DNA of 64,000 bases from an uncultured Pelagibacteraceae bacterium (GCA_902630945.1 CACOWV010000001.1:80196-144195); one strand, 5' to 3'. Counted from the first letter of the stretch, positions 41,865 through 51,291 are shown. Program-made: numbers and translations. Notes: generated by a model not told the origin, from the letters alone.

Positions 41865-43079
41865 TTACATCAAGTCTTTAAGACTTTGTCTCTTTCCAAT
41901 AACTCTAATTTTTGATCCCTCAATAAGTAATTCTGCTGGCTTTGGACGTAAGTTATAGTTAGAGCTTAACGACATACCATAAGCACCAACATCACAGATT
42001 ACAATAAAGTCTTTTTCATTTAATTTTTGAAATTTTTTAACAGCTGAAAATTTGTCAGTGCTTTCACAAATGGGGCCAACAAATTCATAAATTTTGTTTA
42101 TTTTTTTTCCATTTTTTTTTGTTGGAATGATTTTATGTTTAGCGTTATATAAAGCTGGTCTCATTAAATCATTCATAGCTGCATCAATTATAATAAAATC
42201 CTTTTTATCACCTTCTTTAATATAGATAACTTTTGATATTAAATATCCTGCATTGGCGATGATGGATCTTCCTGGTTCAAAGATGATTTTTGAATTAAAT
42301 TTTTTTAAAAATCTTTTGATACTAGAAGCATATTTTTTAAAATTAAGTTTTTTGTTATTATTTTCATAATCAATACCCATTCCTCCACCCAAATCTATAA
42401 ATTCAAAATTGAATTTTGTTTTAGATATTACTTTATCAATAACTTTAAGCATTTTTTCGTACGGTTTGTGATCAAGAATTTGACTACCTATGTGTACACT
42501 TAAACACTTTAAATTTAAAAATTTTGAGTTTTTAACATAGTCAACTAAGCTTAAGAAATTTTTTTCTGATACCCCAAATTTATTTCCCCTTTTTCCCGTA
42601 GATATTTGGCTTAAGGTTTTAGCATCAGTATTAGGATTTAATCTAATACCAATATCTACTTTTCTTTTTTTAAGTTTTGCAATTTTTTCTATCTCTAAGA
42701 TTTCACTTTTTGACTCCGCGTTAATAAGCAAAATTTTTTTTTCTATTGCATAAATTATTTCTTTTGAAGCTTTACCAACGCCAGAAAAAACTATTTTATT
42801 AGGTCTTATTCCTGATTTAAGAGCTTTCATTAATTCACCCATAGAAACTACATCAGCTCCTAAACCTAATCTTCCTATTTTTTGAAGTAATATTTTGTTT
42901 GAGTTCGCTTTTACCGCAAAACAAATTAGTGGATTTATTTTTTTAAAATTTTTTTTTAAATCAATAATATTTTTTTTAATATTTTTTAATGAGTAACAAT
43001 AAAGTGGTGTGGAATATTTTTTTCCCAATAATTCAGGTTTAAAACCATCTATTACAAGATCTTTTTTTTTATAAATCAT
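41865..43079 (-). CDS. lysA: Diaminopimelate decarboxylase
   Basis: FAVKANSN, HIGSQ, DLGGG, EPGRS, GPICESTD, GAYGMSLSSNYN. Confidence 0.97.
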   Translation of the reverse strand: MIYKKKDLVIDGFKPELLGKKYSTPLYCYSLKNIKKNIIDLKKNFKKINPLICFAVKANSNKILLQKIGRLGLGADVVSMGELMKALKSGIRPNKIVFSGVGKASKEIIYAIEKKILLINAESKSEILEIEKIAKLKKRKVDIGIRLNPNTDAKTLSQISTGKRGNKFGVSEKNFLSLVDYVKNSKFLNLKCLSVHIGSQILDHKPYEKMLKVIDKVISKTKFNFEFIDLGGGMGIDYENNNKKLNFKKYASSIKRFLKKFNSKIIFEPGRSIIANAGYLISKVIYIKEGDKKDFIIIDAAMNDLMRPALYNAKHKIIPTKKNGKKINKIYEFVGPICESTDKFSAVKKFQKLNEKDFIVICDVGAYGMSLSSNYNLRPKPAELLIEGSKIRVIGKRQSLKDLM

Positions 43080-43204
43080 AGCACTACTTTAAGTTTAGTG
43101 CCTTCAAAATTTTTTCCCTTTTCCTTGTAAATAGGGTCTCCTTTTTTACCACAAGCTGTGATTAGTAAACCTATAAAAAGAATAATACAAATTTTTTTAA
43201 TCAT
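43076..43204 (-). CDS. 42-aa lipoprotein, LptM/YifL/LppL-like (absent from ORF track)
   Basis: Manual translation MIKKICIILFIGLLITACGKKGDPIYKEKGKNFEGTKLKVVL; lipobox ITAC plus GKKG; ATGA overlaps with both argH and lysA. Confidence 0.85.
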   Translation of the reverse strand: MIKKICIILFIGLLITACGKKGDPIYKEKGKNFEGTKLKVVL

Positions 43205-44592
43205 AAATATTTTTTATATTTTAGTATCATTTTTTTAATATTATCAAAAGATGTTCCTCCATAAGATTTTTTTGAATTTATAGAATTTTTAAGGCTAAAT
43301 ACTTTCATTACCTCCTCTTTTAGTTGAGGTTCAATTTTTTTAAGCTCAATAATGTCTAGATCTTTTAGTCTTTTTTTCTTTTTTTCAGCATAATTGATTA
43401 TAGCCGCTGTTTTTTGGTAAGCATTTCTGAATGTCATTGAATGATTTCTAACTAAATAATCTGCTAAGTCTGTAGCAGTAGTGTATCCTTTTTCAGCAAG
43501 TTCTAACATCCTTTTTTTATTAGGACTCAAATTATTTAGAACTTCATCTAATATTTTTAAACAATTTATTAATGTATCAAAATTTTCAAAAATTATTTTT
43601 TTATCATCTTGCAGATCTTTAAAGTAAGAAAGTGGTAAACCCTTAAGAATTGTTAACATTGAAAATAAATTCCCATAAAGTGATCCAGTTTTACCCCTTA
43701 AGTACTCAAGTAAATCAGGATTTTTTTTTTGAGGCATTATAGACGAACCAGTTATTATTTTGTCTGATAATTGGATTAAATTAAATCCATCAGAATTCCA
43801 AATAATCAGATCTTCTGAAATTCTTGATATATGCATTGAACACACACTTGAAGTATAAAGAAAATCTAAAACAAAATCTCTATCTGAGACGGTATCAATT
43901 GAATTATTTGTTGGATTTTTAAAACCTAATTTTTTTGAAGTATAATTTCTATCAATATTAAAAGAAGTACCTGCTAAAGCTGAAGCTCCTAGAGGATTTT
44001 CATAAAGATTTTGCATATTATTTTCAAATCTCAGTTTATCTCTTACAAACATTTCTACATATGCCATTAAATAATGTCCAAAAGAAATAGGTTGTGCATT
44101 TTTTAAATGAGTAAAACCAGGCATAATTGTTTCAACATTTTTTTCAGCAATTCTTAAGATTGACTTTATTAATTTATTTATTTGGCTGTTTAATTCCTTA
44201 GTAGAATTTTTCATCCAAATTTTTAAATCTGTAATTACCTGATCATTTCTTGATCTCGCAGTATGGATAAATCCTGCATCTTCTCCAATAATTTGAAATA
44301 ATCTTTTTTCTATATTCATATGAATATCTTCATATTCTTTATTAAATTCGAATTTATTTTTAGCAATTTCTTTTTCAATTTTTTTTAAACCATAAATGAT
44401 TTTATTTTTTATTTTGAATGAAACAATTTTCTGTTTAAAAAGCATTTCAACATGCGCTTCAGACCCCATTATATCTTCTTTGTAAAGTCTTTTGTCTATA
44501 TCTATAGAACTACCGACTTTTTTAAAAAGAGCGGAAGTATTTTTTTTTACTCTAGTATTCCAAATTGCCTGGTTGTTTTTATTTTTTGACAT
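43201..44592 (-). CDS. argH: Argininosuccinate lyase
   Basis: EDIHMNIE, HTARSRNDQV, MPGFTHL, GSSIMPQKKNPD. Confidence 0.98.
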   Translation of the reverse strand: MSKNKNNQAIWNTRVKKNTSALFKKVGSSIDIDKRLYKEDIMGSEAHVEMLFKQKIVSFKIKNKIIYGLKKIEKEIAKNKFEFNKEYEDIHMNIEKRLFQIIGEDAGFIHTARSRNDQVITDLKIWMKNSTKELNSQINKLIKSILRIAEKNVETIMPGFTHLKNAQPISFGHYLMAYVEMFVRDKLRFENNMQNLYENPLGASALAGTSFNIDRNYTSKKLGFKNPTNNSIDTVSDRDFVLDFLYTSSVCSMHISRISEDLIIWNSDGFNLIQLSDKIITGSSIMPQKKNPDLLEYLRGKTGSLYGNLFSMLTILKGLPLSYFKDLQDDKKIIFENFDTLINCLKILDEVLNNLSPNKKRMLELAEKGYTTATDLADYLVRNHSMTFRNAYQKTAAIINYAEKKKKRLKDLDIIELKKIEPQLKEEVMKVFSLKNSINSKKSYGGTSFDNIKKMILKYKKYL

Positions 44593-44615
44593 GGTAGTTA
44601 ATTATACCTTTTAAT

Positions 44616-45125
44616 ATGAGATTTTTAATAATTTTTATTTTTTTAATATCTAATTCTTTTGCTGAGGAGGCTACAGATATTAAAAATCTTTTTATTAATA
44701 AAGAGTTAAAAAAGTACGATGGATTAACGTTTTTAGATGATAAAAATAATCAATTAAACTTAAATGATTATAACGGAAAACTCATTTTATTGAATTTTTG
44801 GGCAACTTGGTGCTCTCCTTGTAAAAAAGAGATGCCATCTTTAGATAAATTACAAACTCATAGTGAATTAAATAATCTCAAGATATTTCCAATAAATGTC
44901 GGACAGGATAATTTTGAAAAATCCTCAAAATTTTTTAATGATCTTAAAATAAAAAATTTGAAATTTTTTTTTGACTCTCCGATTACTCTAGCAAAAAAAT
45001 TTGGATTAAGAGGAATACCTACATCAATCCTGATCAATAAAGATGGATTTGAGTTTGCAAGAATAATTGGATCAATTGACTTTGAGGATGAAAAATTTAT
45101 AGCGTGGTTAAGTAATTATAATTAG
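44616..45125 (+). CDS. TlpA-family thiol:disulfide oxidoreductase
   Basis: LNFWATWCSPCKKEMPSL, GIPTS; signal anchor. Confidence 0.92.
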   Translation: MRFLIIFIFLISNSFAEEATDIKNLFINKELKKYDGLTFLDDKNNQLNLNDYNGKLILLNFWATWCSPCKKEMPSLDKLQTHSELNNLKIFPINVGQDNFEKSSKFFNDLKIKNLKFFFDSPITLAKKFGLRGIPTSILINKDGFEFARIIGSIDFEDEKFIAWLSNYN

Positions 45126-45325
45126 TTTTTGAAAAAATAAGCAAAACCAACTAGAGCTATTATTGCTATAAATTGTAATAAAACTCTCAATTGCATTAAT
45201 TTATTTGAATATTTTTTGCTAGTTTCCCCACCTTTAAACAACGTTCCTATACCCAATATAAGAACAAGTCCAACTGCGATTAACAAAGCTATAGATATTA
45301 TTTTAACTAATATTCCAGAAATCAT
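45122..45325 (-). CDS. HIG1-like twin-transmembrane small protein
   Basis: From ATG 45325: 67 aa, two TM helices with SNKLMQLRVLLQ; the track's longer ORF is an antisense extension into the next gene. Confidence 0.85.
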   Translation of the reverse strand: MISGILVKIISIALLIAVGLVLILGIGTLFKGGETSKKYSNKLMQLRVLLQFIAIIALVGFAYFFKN

Positions 45326-45374
45326 TAATGTATTGTAGGGTGTTTTTAAAATAAAAAAACATAAATCATTCAGT

Positions 45375-46034
45375 ATGACATTTTGTCTAGATACAACCAT
45401 TATAAAACCTGAGGATAAGAAAAAAATTGAAAATGCAATCGTTCTACTACACGGATATGGAGGGGATGGAAAAGATATCAGTATGTTATCATTGAATTGG
45501 AAAAGACATCTACCCAATACAATATTTATTTGCCCTAATGGTCATGAGCATTGTTCTATTAACCCATCAGGTTTTCAGTGGTTTGATTTAACAAATGATG
45601 ATCCAAAATACATTTTAGAACAGTCAATTAAAGCGGAAAATAAGTTGAATGAATTTATAGAAGAGGTAAAGAATGAATTTAATTTAGAAAATGATAAAAT
45701 TTGTTTATCTGGTTTTAGCCAAGGGTGCATGATGTCAATAAATTTAGGTTTAACATCTAAAAAAAAATTCAATTGTGTAGTAGGCTTTTCTGGAAAGATA
45801 ATTAATCAAGATAATCTTAAATCTAGAAAACAAATTTCAACAGATATACTATTAATTCATGGAGATTCTGACCAAGTTGTCTCACCTAATTTCATGTTAG
45901 AAGCAAAAGATTTTTTTATTAGAAATAACATAGAAATAGAGACGCATTTAATTAAAAATTGTGATCACCATATTCCTATCGAAGCATCTAGTATAGCATT
46001 AAATTATATTTTAAAAAAATTTAATAGCTTCTAA
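45375..46034 (+). CDS. Phospholipase/carboxylesterase (alpha/beta hydrolase)
   Basis: LLHGYG, GFSQG nucleophile elbow, HGDSDQVV, C-terminal His. Confidence 0.92.
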   Translation: MTFCLDTTIIKPEDKKKIENAIVLLHGYGGDGKDISMLSLNWKRHLPNTIFICPNGHEHCSINPSGFQWFDLTNDDPKYILEQSIKAENKLNEFIEEVKNEFNLENDKICLSGFSQGCMMSINLGLTSKKKFNCVVGFSGKIINQDNLKSRKQISTDILLIHGDSDQVVSPNFMLEAKDFFIRNNIEIETHLIKNCDHHIPIEASSIALNYILKKFNSF

Positions 46035-46072
46035 ATATTGAAATAGTTTTTTATTTAAGTTAAACTTTTAAT

Positions 46073-46642
46073 ATGAATACCTTTATTGAAAAGAATGTAT
46101 CATTGGAAAAATGTCCAGCATTAGTTTTAAATGCAGATTATAGACCATTGAGTTATTATCCTTTGTCACTATGGTCATGGCAAGATACAGTTAAGTCAGT
46201 CTTTTTGGATAGAGTAATTATTGTAAGTAGTTATGATAGAATTGTAAGAAGTCCGTCCTTTAATATGCAGCTTCCTAGTGTTATAGCTCTTAAAGACTAT
46301 ATAGTTCCACAATCAAAACCTAGCTTTACTAGATTTAATGTTTTTCTTAGAGATAAATTTTCTTGTCAATACTGTGGAAGTGGTGAAGAACTAACATTTG
46401 ATCATTTGTTACCTAGATCTAAAGGTGGAGAGACACATTGGGATAATGTTGTAACAGCTTGTTCAGCTTGTAATGTAAAAAAAGGTGGGAAGTTATTAAA
46501 AACCTCAGGAATGAAGCTTAGTCAATATCCCTACCAACCATCTACTGAGGATTTACATCGTAATGGCAAAAATTTTCCTCCAAACTATTTGCACAAAAGT
46601 TGGATGGATTATTTATACTGGGACGTAGAGCTAGAAGCCTAG
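46073..46642 (+). CDS. HNH endonuclease family protein
   Basis: ALVLNADYRPL, RDKFSCQYCG, TFDHLLPRSKGG, WDNVVTACSACN. Confidence 0.92.
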   Translation: MNTFIEKNVSLEKCPALVLNADYRPLSYYPLSLWSWQDTVKSVFLDRVIIVSSYDRIVRSPSFNMQLPSVIALKDYIVPQSKPSFTRFNVFLRDKFSCQYCGSGEELTFDHLLPRSKGGETHWDNVVTACSACNVKKGGKLLKTSGMKLSQYPYQPSTEDLHRNGKNFPPNYLHKSWMDYLYWDVELEA

Positions 46643-46644
46643 AA

Positions 46645-47175
46645 TTAAATTTTTTCAGAAATATTAATTGCTACTTTTGAACCTGTCTTAATAATTTTAT
46701 CCATTATAGAATAAAGACCTTTTTTCGTTGCACCTTTATCATAAGCTATATCCTTATGATTTAATTCATCTTGTCTAAATTTAATTATTTTTTTTTTTAA
46801 TTCTTTTTCATCAGTTCCTAGTTGGTCTATTTGATTTTGATAATGTTCATCAATAACCTCCTCTACAGAGGCTGTACATAACATTGCCGCTTTTTTTCCT
46901 AAAAGAGTTGAACCAAAACCTAGTCCAACACCCAATAAATCCCATAATGGTAAAAATTTTGTTGGTTTAATGTTTCTTTTTTTTATTTCTGACTCAAAGA
47001 ACTCACAATGTTCTTTTTCATGAACCTTCATTTCTTCTATTGTTTTTTTTAAACTCTCATCTTTGACTAAAGTATTAAGTGCTAATAATTGTCCTTCATA
47101 GATTTTAACTGCACCTCGCTCACCAGCATGATCAACTCTAATAAATTCTTCAACTTTATTTTTGGAACTTTTCAT
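46645..47175 (-). CDS. coq7: Demethoxyubiquinone hydroxylase (Coq7, di-iron)
   Basis: IRVDHAGERGAVKIYEGQ, EKEH, VEEVIDEHY, DELNH. Confidence 0.93.
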   Translation of the reverse strand: MKSSKNKVEEFIRVDHAGERGAVKIYEGQLLALNTLVKDESLKKTIEEMKVHEKEHCEFFESEIKKRNIKPTKFLPLWDLLGVGLGFGSTLLGKKAAMLCTASVEEVIDEHYQNQIDQLGTDEKELKKKIIKFRQDELNHKDIAYDKGATKKGLYSIMDKIIKTGSKVAINISEKI

Positions 47176-47644
47176 AATTTTTTAAAATTTTCATCAATAT
47201 AAATACTAAAACAATACTTATAAGTATATTAAGAGTTGTTAGCGAAAATCCAAAAATTCTAAATGTCACATCTTTACAACTCACAGTTTTTACCTGTAAT
47301 TGCTTCAATAATTCTTCTTTAGACATAATATCAAATACATTTTGAAGCCTACACTCTCCCGATTCTTTTAAAAAACCTTGTTCAATACCAAAATGGTAAG
47401 AAGATATTATCAATGAAAAAGAAAATATTAAGGTTAATATCAAGATTATAAATTTGTTATTTTTTTTAAGGAAAAAGCTTAAAATGATTATAGCTACACT
47501 TAATCCATAAGGAATTCTTTGTATTAAGCATAGATAACAAGGCTGGTGTCCAAGTGCATATTCTATAAAAAAAGCAGAGATTATTGAAATCAAACTGATA
47601 AATAAAATTATTTTAAGGTATGTATCTATCTTAATTTTATACAT
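47156..47644 (-). CDS. Disulfide bond formation protein DsbB family
   Basis: PCYLCLIQR motif, 4 TM, second Cys pair. Confidence 0.88.
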   Translation of the reverse strand: MYKIKIDTYLKIILFISLISIISAFFIEYALGHQPCYLCLIQRIPYGLSVAIIILSFFLKKNNKFIILILTLIFSFSLIISSYHFGIEQGFLKESGECRLQNVFDIMSKEELLKQLQVKTVSCKDVTFRIFGFSLTTLNILISIVLVFILMKILKNYEKFQK

Positions 47645-48242
47645 TGGATTTAAATAATAAATAAATTATAATCGCAAGCATCACAATTAATATACCAATA
47701 ATTGTAAACCATTTAGAACCGTGCTTGTTCATAAATTCTGTAAAAAGGTGTCCAAATTTATATGAAAGATAAGATACTACAAAAAAACGCAAGCCTCTGG
47801 AAACTAAGCTTATAAAAATAAAAATTAAAATGTTAAAACCAATTAAACCACTTGCTATAGTAAAAACCTTATAAGGTAGGGGAGTAAAACCTGCTAAAAA
47901 AAGAATGCCTAGCCAGGCATAAAAACTTTCACTACTTATTAAACTATTTTGAAGGTTAGATAATTTGTTTTCATAATCATAAAAACTCATAATTTGCATT
48001 CCAATATCAAAAAAAAAGGCTCCAAGAAAATATCCGAATATTCCTCCTAAAACAGAAAAAATTGTTGCAATGAAAAAAATTTTAATGAAATCTTCTTTTT
48101 TGGAAATTACCATTGGAATGACCATTATATCTGGTGGAATAGGAAAAAAAGAACTTTCAATGAATGAAACTAATGCTAGATAATATTTAGAGCTTTTATG
48201 TGCTGCTAATTTTAAACACTTTTTATATAAAGTATGAAACAT
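47637..48242 (-). CDS. YqaA/DedA-family membrane protein
   Basis: SFIESSFFPIPPD, AGFTPLPYKVFTIASG, SRGLRF. Confidence 0.9.
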   Translation of the reverse strand: MFHTLYKKCLKLAAHKSSKYYLALVSFIESSFFPIPPDIMVIPMVISKKEDFIKIFFIATIFSVLGGIFGYFLGAFFFDIGMQIMSFYDYENKLSNLQNSLISSESFYAWLGILFLAGFTPLPYKVFTIASGLIGFNILIFIFISLVSRGLRFFVVSYLSYKFGHLFTEFMNKHGSKWFTIIGILIVMLAIIIYLLFKSNV

Positions 48243-48301
48243 TTTTTGGTTTTAATATAATTTTAGTTCTTATACTATTTAATAAATTATTAAATAATTA
48301 A

Positions 48302-48386
48302 GGGCGAATGGCGGAACTGGTAGACGCGCACGACTCAAAATCGTGTTTCGCAAGAAGTGAGAGTTCGATTCTCTCTTCGCCCACCA
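48302..48386 (+). tRNA. tRNA-Leu(CAA)
   Basis: Acceptor GGGCGAA/TTCGCCC, anticodon arm CACGA-CTCAAAA-TCGTG, long variable arm, GTTCGA T-loop, encoded CCA. Confidence 0.97.
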
Positions 48387-48390
48387 AATT

Positions 48391-50091
48391 ATGCAGTTAA
48401 ATAAAATTAATAGCTTAGTAGAGCTTTTTTTTGAAAAGTATAGAGAAAAAAAGGAACTAACAAATCAGCCATTTTTAAATTGGTTAAAAACAAATAAAGA
48501 TGATTTTTTAACATGGGAGCAAGTTAAAAATCAAATTTGTTTATTATCTGAGCATTTAAAAGAAAATTTATCTAAAGGTGATAGATGTGTTTTATTATCT
48601 GAAAATCGACCAGAATGGCTTATCGCAGATATAGCAATTATGAATTCGGGTGGAGTAACAGTTCCATTATTTACAACATATTCAGAGAAAGATTACGAGT
48701 ATATAATAAATGATTGTAAACCAAAGATATGTTTAATTTCAAATGATATTCAATTTAAAAAAATCAAAAAATTTATTTCTACTGAAACAAAAGTTATTTC
48801 AATTGAAAATTTCAATCAAAAAATCCAGAGCATCGAAACTATTTTGGTAAACAATCAAAAAAAAGAAAAAATCAATATAATTGAGAATTACAATAGGGAA
48901 ATATCAAGAAAAGATCTTGCTTGTATTATTTATACATCAGGAACTACTGGCAACCCTAAAGGGGTGATGCTTAGTCATGGAGGTATTTTATCAAATTGTG
49001 AAGGAGCACAAGAAATTTTGAATACATTAGTTAAAAATGAAAAGCCGGTTTTTTTAACTTGGCTTCCATTATCTCATTCATATGAACATACAGTTCAATA
49101 TGTACAAATATCACTTGGAGCAAAAATTTATTACGCTGAAAGCCTAGAAAAATTGTTGCCCAACATGACTGTAGCCCAACCTACAATTATGACAGCAGTT
49201 CCAAGATTTTATCAAAATTTATTCAGTAAAATTTCTATTAATTTCTCAAAGCAGAAAGGTTTAAAAAAAAAACTGATTGAAAGCACTATTTACCTTGGAA
49301 CTAAAAACTTAAATAAAGAAGAACTTAATCTTAGAGAAAAATTACTCAATTTTTTGTGTGAAAAATTAGTGAGAAAAAAAATTAAAAATCAATTTGGTGG
49401 AAAATTAAAGGCCTTCGTTTCTGGTGGTGGAGCTTTAGATCAAAAAATAGGGGAATTTTTGAATTCTATAGGTCTACCGACTTTACAAGGATATGGTCTT
49501 ACGGAGACCTCACCTGTGGTGAGCTGCAATATGCCTGGAAAAATTAAGATAGAGACAGTTGGCCCGCCTTTTAAAACTAATGAAGTAAAAATTGCTGATG
49601 ATGGTGAAATTTTAGTAAAAGGAGAAAATGTCATGCTTGGTTATTGGAACATGAAAAAAGAAACAGACGAGATCTTGAAAGATGGTTGGTTACATACAGG
49701 AGATATAGGAGAAATAACTCTAGATGGAAATTTAAAAATTACAGATAGAAAAAAAGAAATAATAGTAAATCTTGGAGGAGATAACATTTCTCCATCAAAA
49801 ATTGAAAATTTATTATGTTTAAATGAAAAAATTAAACAAAGTTTTGTTTATGGGGATAAAAAAACATACTTAGTTGCTTTAATTGTTAGTGAAACAGATA
49901 AAAATCAAAAAGAAATTGAAAATTATTTAGAAAATTTAAATAAAAATTTATCTTCAGTAGAGAAAGTTAAGAAATTTAAATTAATTAAAGAAGAATTTAC
50001 AATTGAAAATGGAATGTTAACACCAACTTTAAAACTAAAAAGAAAAAAAATTCTTGAAAAATATAAAGACGATTTAGAAAAACTTTATTAA
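48391..50091 (+). CDS. Long-chain fatty acid-CoA ligase
   Basis: IIYTSGTTGNPKGVMLSH, QGYGLTETSP, GWLHTGDIG, LTPTLKLKR. Confidence 0.93.
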   Translation: MQLNKINSLVELFFEKYREKKELTNQPFLNWLKTNKDDFLTWEQVKNQICLLSEHLKENLSKGDRCVLLSENRPEWLIADIAIMNSGGVTVPLFTTYSEKDYEYIINDCKPKICLISNDIQFKKIKKFISTETKVISIENFNQKIQSIETILVNNQKKEKINIIENYNREISRKDLACIIYTSGTTGNPKGVMLSHGGILSNCEGAQEILNTLVKNEKPVFLTWLPLSHSYEHTVQYVQISLGAKIYYAESLEKLLPNMTVAQPTIMTAVPRFYQNLFSKISINFSKQKGLKKKLIESTIYLGTKNLNKEELNLREKLLNFLCEKLVRKKIKNQFGGKLKAFVSGGGALDQKIGEFLNSIGLPTLQGYGLTETSPVVSCNMPGKIKIETVGPPFKTNEVKIADDGEILVKGENVMLGYWNMKKETDEILKDGWLHTGDIGEITLDGNLKITDRKKEIIVNLGGDNISPSKIENLLCLNEKIKQSFVYGDKKTYLVALIVSETDKNQKEIENYLENLNKNLSSVEKVKKFKLIKEEFTIENGMLTPTLKLKRKKILEKYKDDLEKLY

Positions 50092-50208
50092 TTTTTAAAA
50101 ATATTTGATAATAAAGCGCATAAACATTAACTTTTTTACACTTTTAAAATATATAAATTTAATTTTATTTTAAATTTTGTTTTGAAAATTTTTACTTTAA
50201 TTAAAGAA

Positions 50209-50282
50209 TTGACATAACGCTTATAAAAAAATAAAAATAACTTAATAACGAATCATTTTGATTCGTTTAACTAAAAAGGGAG
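50209..50282 (+). promoter_or_regulatory. Promoter, palindrome and SD of the small basic peptide gene
   Basis: TTGACA (50209) N17 TAAAAA; inverted repeat AACGAATCA-TTT-TGATTCGTT (50247-50267); SD AAGGGAG (50276-50282). Confidence 0.6.
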
Positions 50283-50288
50283 CTAAAG

Positions 50289-50366
50289 ATGCCTAAGAGA
50301 AGAAAAAAAGCAAAGAAGGCTAAGAAAAAAGCTAAGAAAAAAGCTAAAAAAAGAAGAAGAAGATAA
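50289..50366 (+). CDS. 25-aa extremely basic protamine/histone-H1-like peptide (absent from ORF track)
   Basis: MPKRRKKAKKAKKKAKKKAKKRRRR; SD 6 nt upstream, tandem TAATAA stop, downstream terminator. Confidence 0.8.
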   Translation: MPKRRKKAKKAKKKAKKKAKKRRRR

Positions 50367-50385
50367 TAACTTAGTATTCTTTATT

Positions 50386-50429
50386 AAAAACGCTTCTCAT
50401 AACGATTACGTGTGAGAGGCGTTTTTTTT
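50386..50429. terminator. Bidirectional intrinsic terminator between the peptide gene and carD
   Basis: AAAAACGCTTCTCAT...GTGAGAGGCGTTTTTTTT, a stem with A-run before and T-run after. Confidence 0.8.
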
Positions 50430-51291
50430 ATTCTTCTAAAGGCTCTGCAACTTCATTTTCAGATATTGGCTCTTCTTCAGTCATTTCAGACGAATCAACC
50501 TTTGCTGCTGTCGCCTGTTTTGCCTCATTTGTTTGGTTTCTTTTTAAAGCTTTATCTAATTTTTTTTGTGTATCTTCTAGAGATAAATTTAAAATTATTT
50601 GAAACTCAGACAATATTCTTTCATAAGCTTTTTCAAACAGCTGTCTTTCACTATAAGATTGATCAACCATCATATCATCTCCTTTATTAAGATCTCTGAC
50701 GACTTCTGCTAATTCATATATTTTACCTGAGGAAATTTTTGCCTCATACTCTTGTGCTCTTCTACTCCACATAGATCTCTTGATTTTAGGTTTACTCTTA
50801 AGAATAGATATACATTTATTTACTTGATTGATTGTTGCTAAGGCCCTTAAGTGCGATTGTTTGTTTACAGGAACCATTCCATTAGCCTTATCTTTCTCAA
50901 ATTTTATTACATAAGTTTCAACATCAATTCCTCCAATATTGATTTTTTTAAACTCAGTAATTTGACCAACTCCATGTTTAGGATAAACAACATAATCTTT
51001 TATTTTGTATTCTCTTTTTTCAGTTTCTTGTTTTTTTACTTTTTTTATTTCAGGCTTAATTTCGTTTGTTTTTGATATTCTTAAATTATCAACTTTTACA
51101 TCAGATTTTTTTGTTTCTGTTTTAGACTGTTTTTTTTGAAGATCTTTTTTTAATTTTGATTTAATTTTTTTCTTTTCTTTTTTTAAGGAAGCTTTTTTGG
51201 GTTTAATAGTTTTTTTCTTATTAACTATTTTCTTTTTGGGTTTTTTTTTAAATGTTTTCTTTAAAATATTTTTCAAACTTATCTTGCTCAT
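50428..51291 (-). CDS. carD: CarD/CdnL RNA-polymerase-binding factor with Lys-rich N-terminal extension and acidic tail
   Basis: [44 protein letters not shown]; start at ATG 51291 is uncertain. Confidence 0.92.
   Translation of the reverse strand: MSKISLKNILKKTFKKKPKKKIVNKKKTIKPKKASLKKEKKKIKSKLKKDLQKKQSKTETKKSDVKVDNLRISKTNEIKPEIKKVKKQETEKREYKIKDYVVYPKHGVGQITEFKKINIGGIDVETYVIKFEKDKANGMVPVNKQSHLRALATINQVNKCISILKSKPKIKRSMWSRRAQEYEAKISSGKIYELAEVVRDLNKGDDMMVDQSYSERQLFEKAYERILSEFQIILNLSLEDTQKKLDKALKRNQTNEAKQATAAKVDSSEMTEEEPISENEVAEPLEE

Noticed and set aside
46073-46642. HNH nuclease as mobile element or defence system
   Set aside because: No methyltransferase, repeats, integrase or intron context; resembles the conserved chromosomal alphaproteobacterial HNH family next to the esterase
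50289-50429. Lys/Arg-sensing attenuator leader peptide
   Set aside because: The gene beyond the terminator (carD) is convergent, so there is nothing to attenuate
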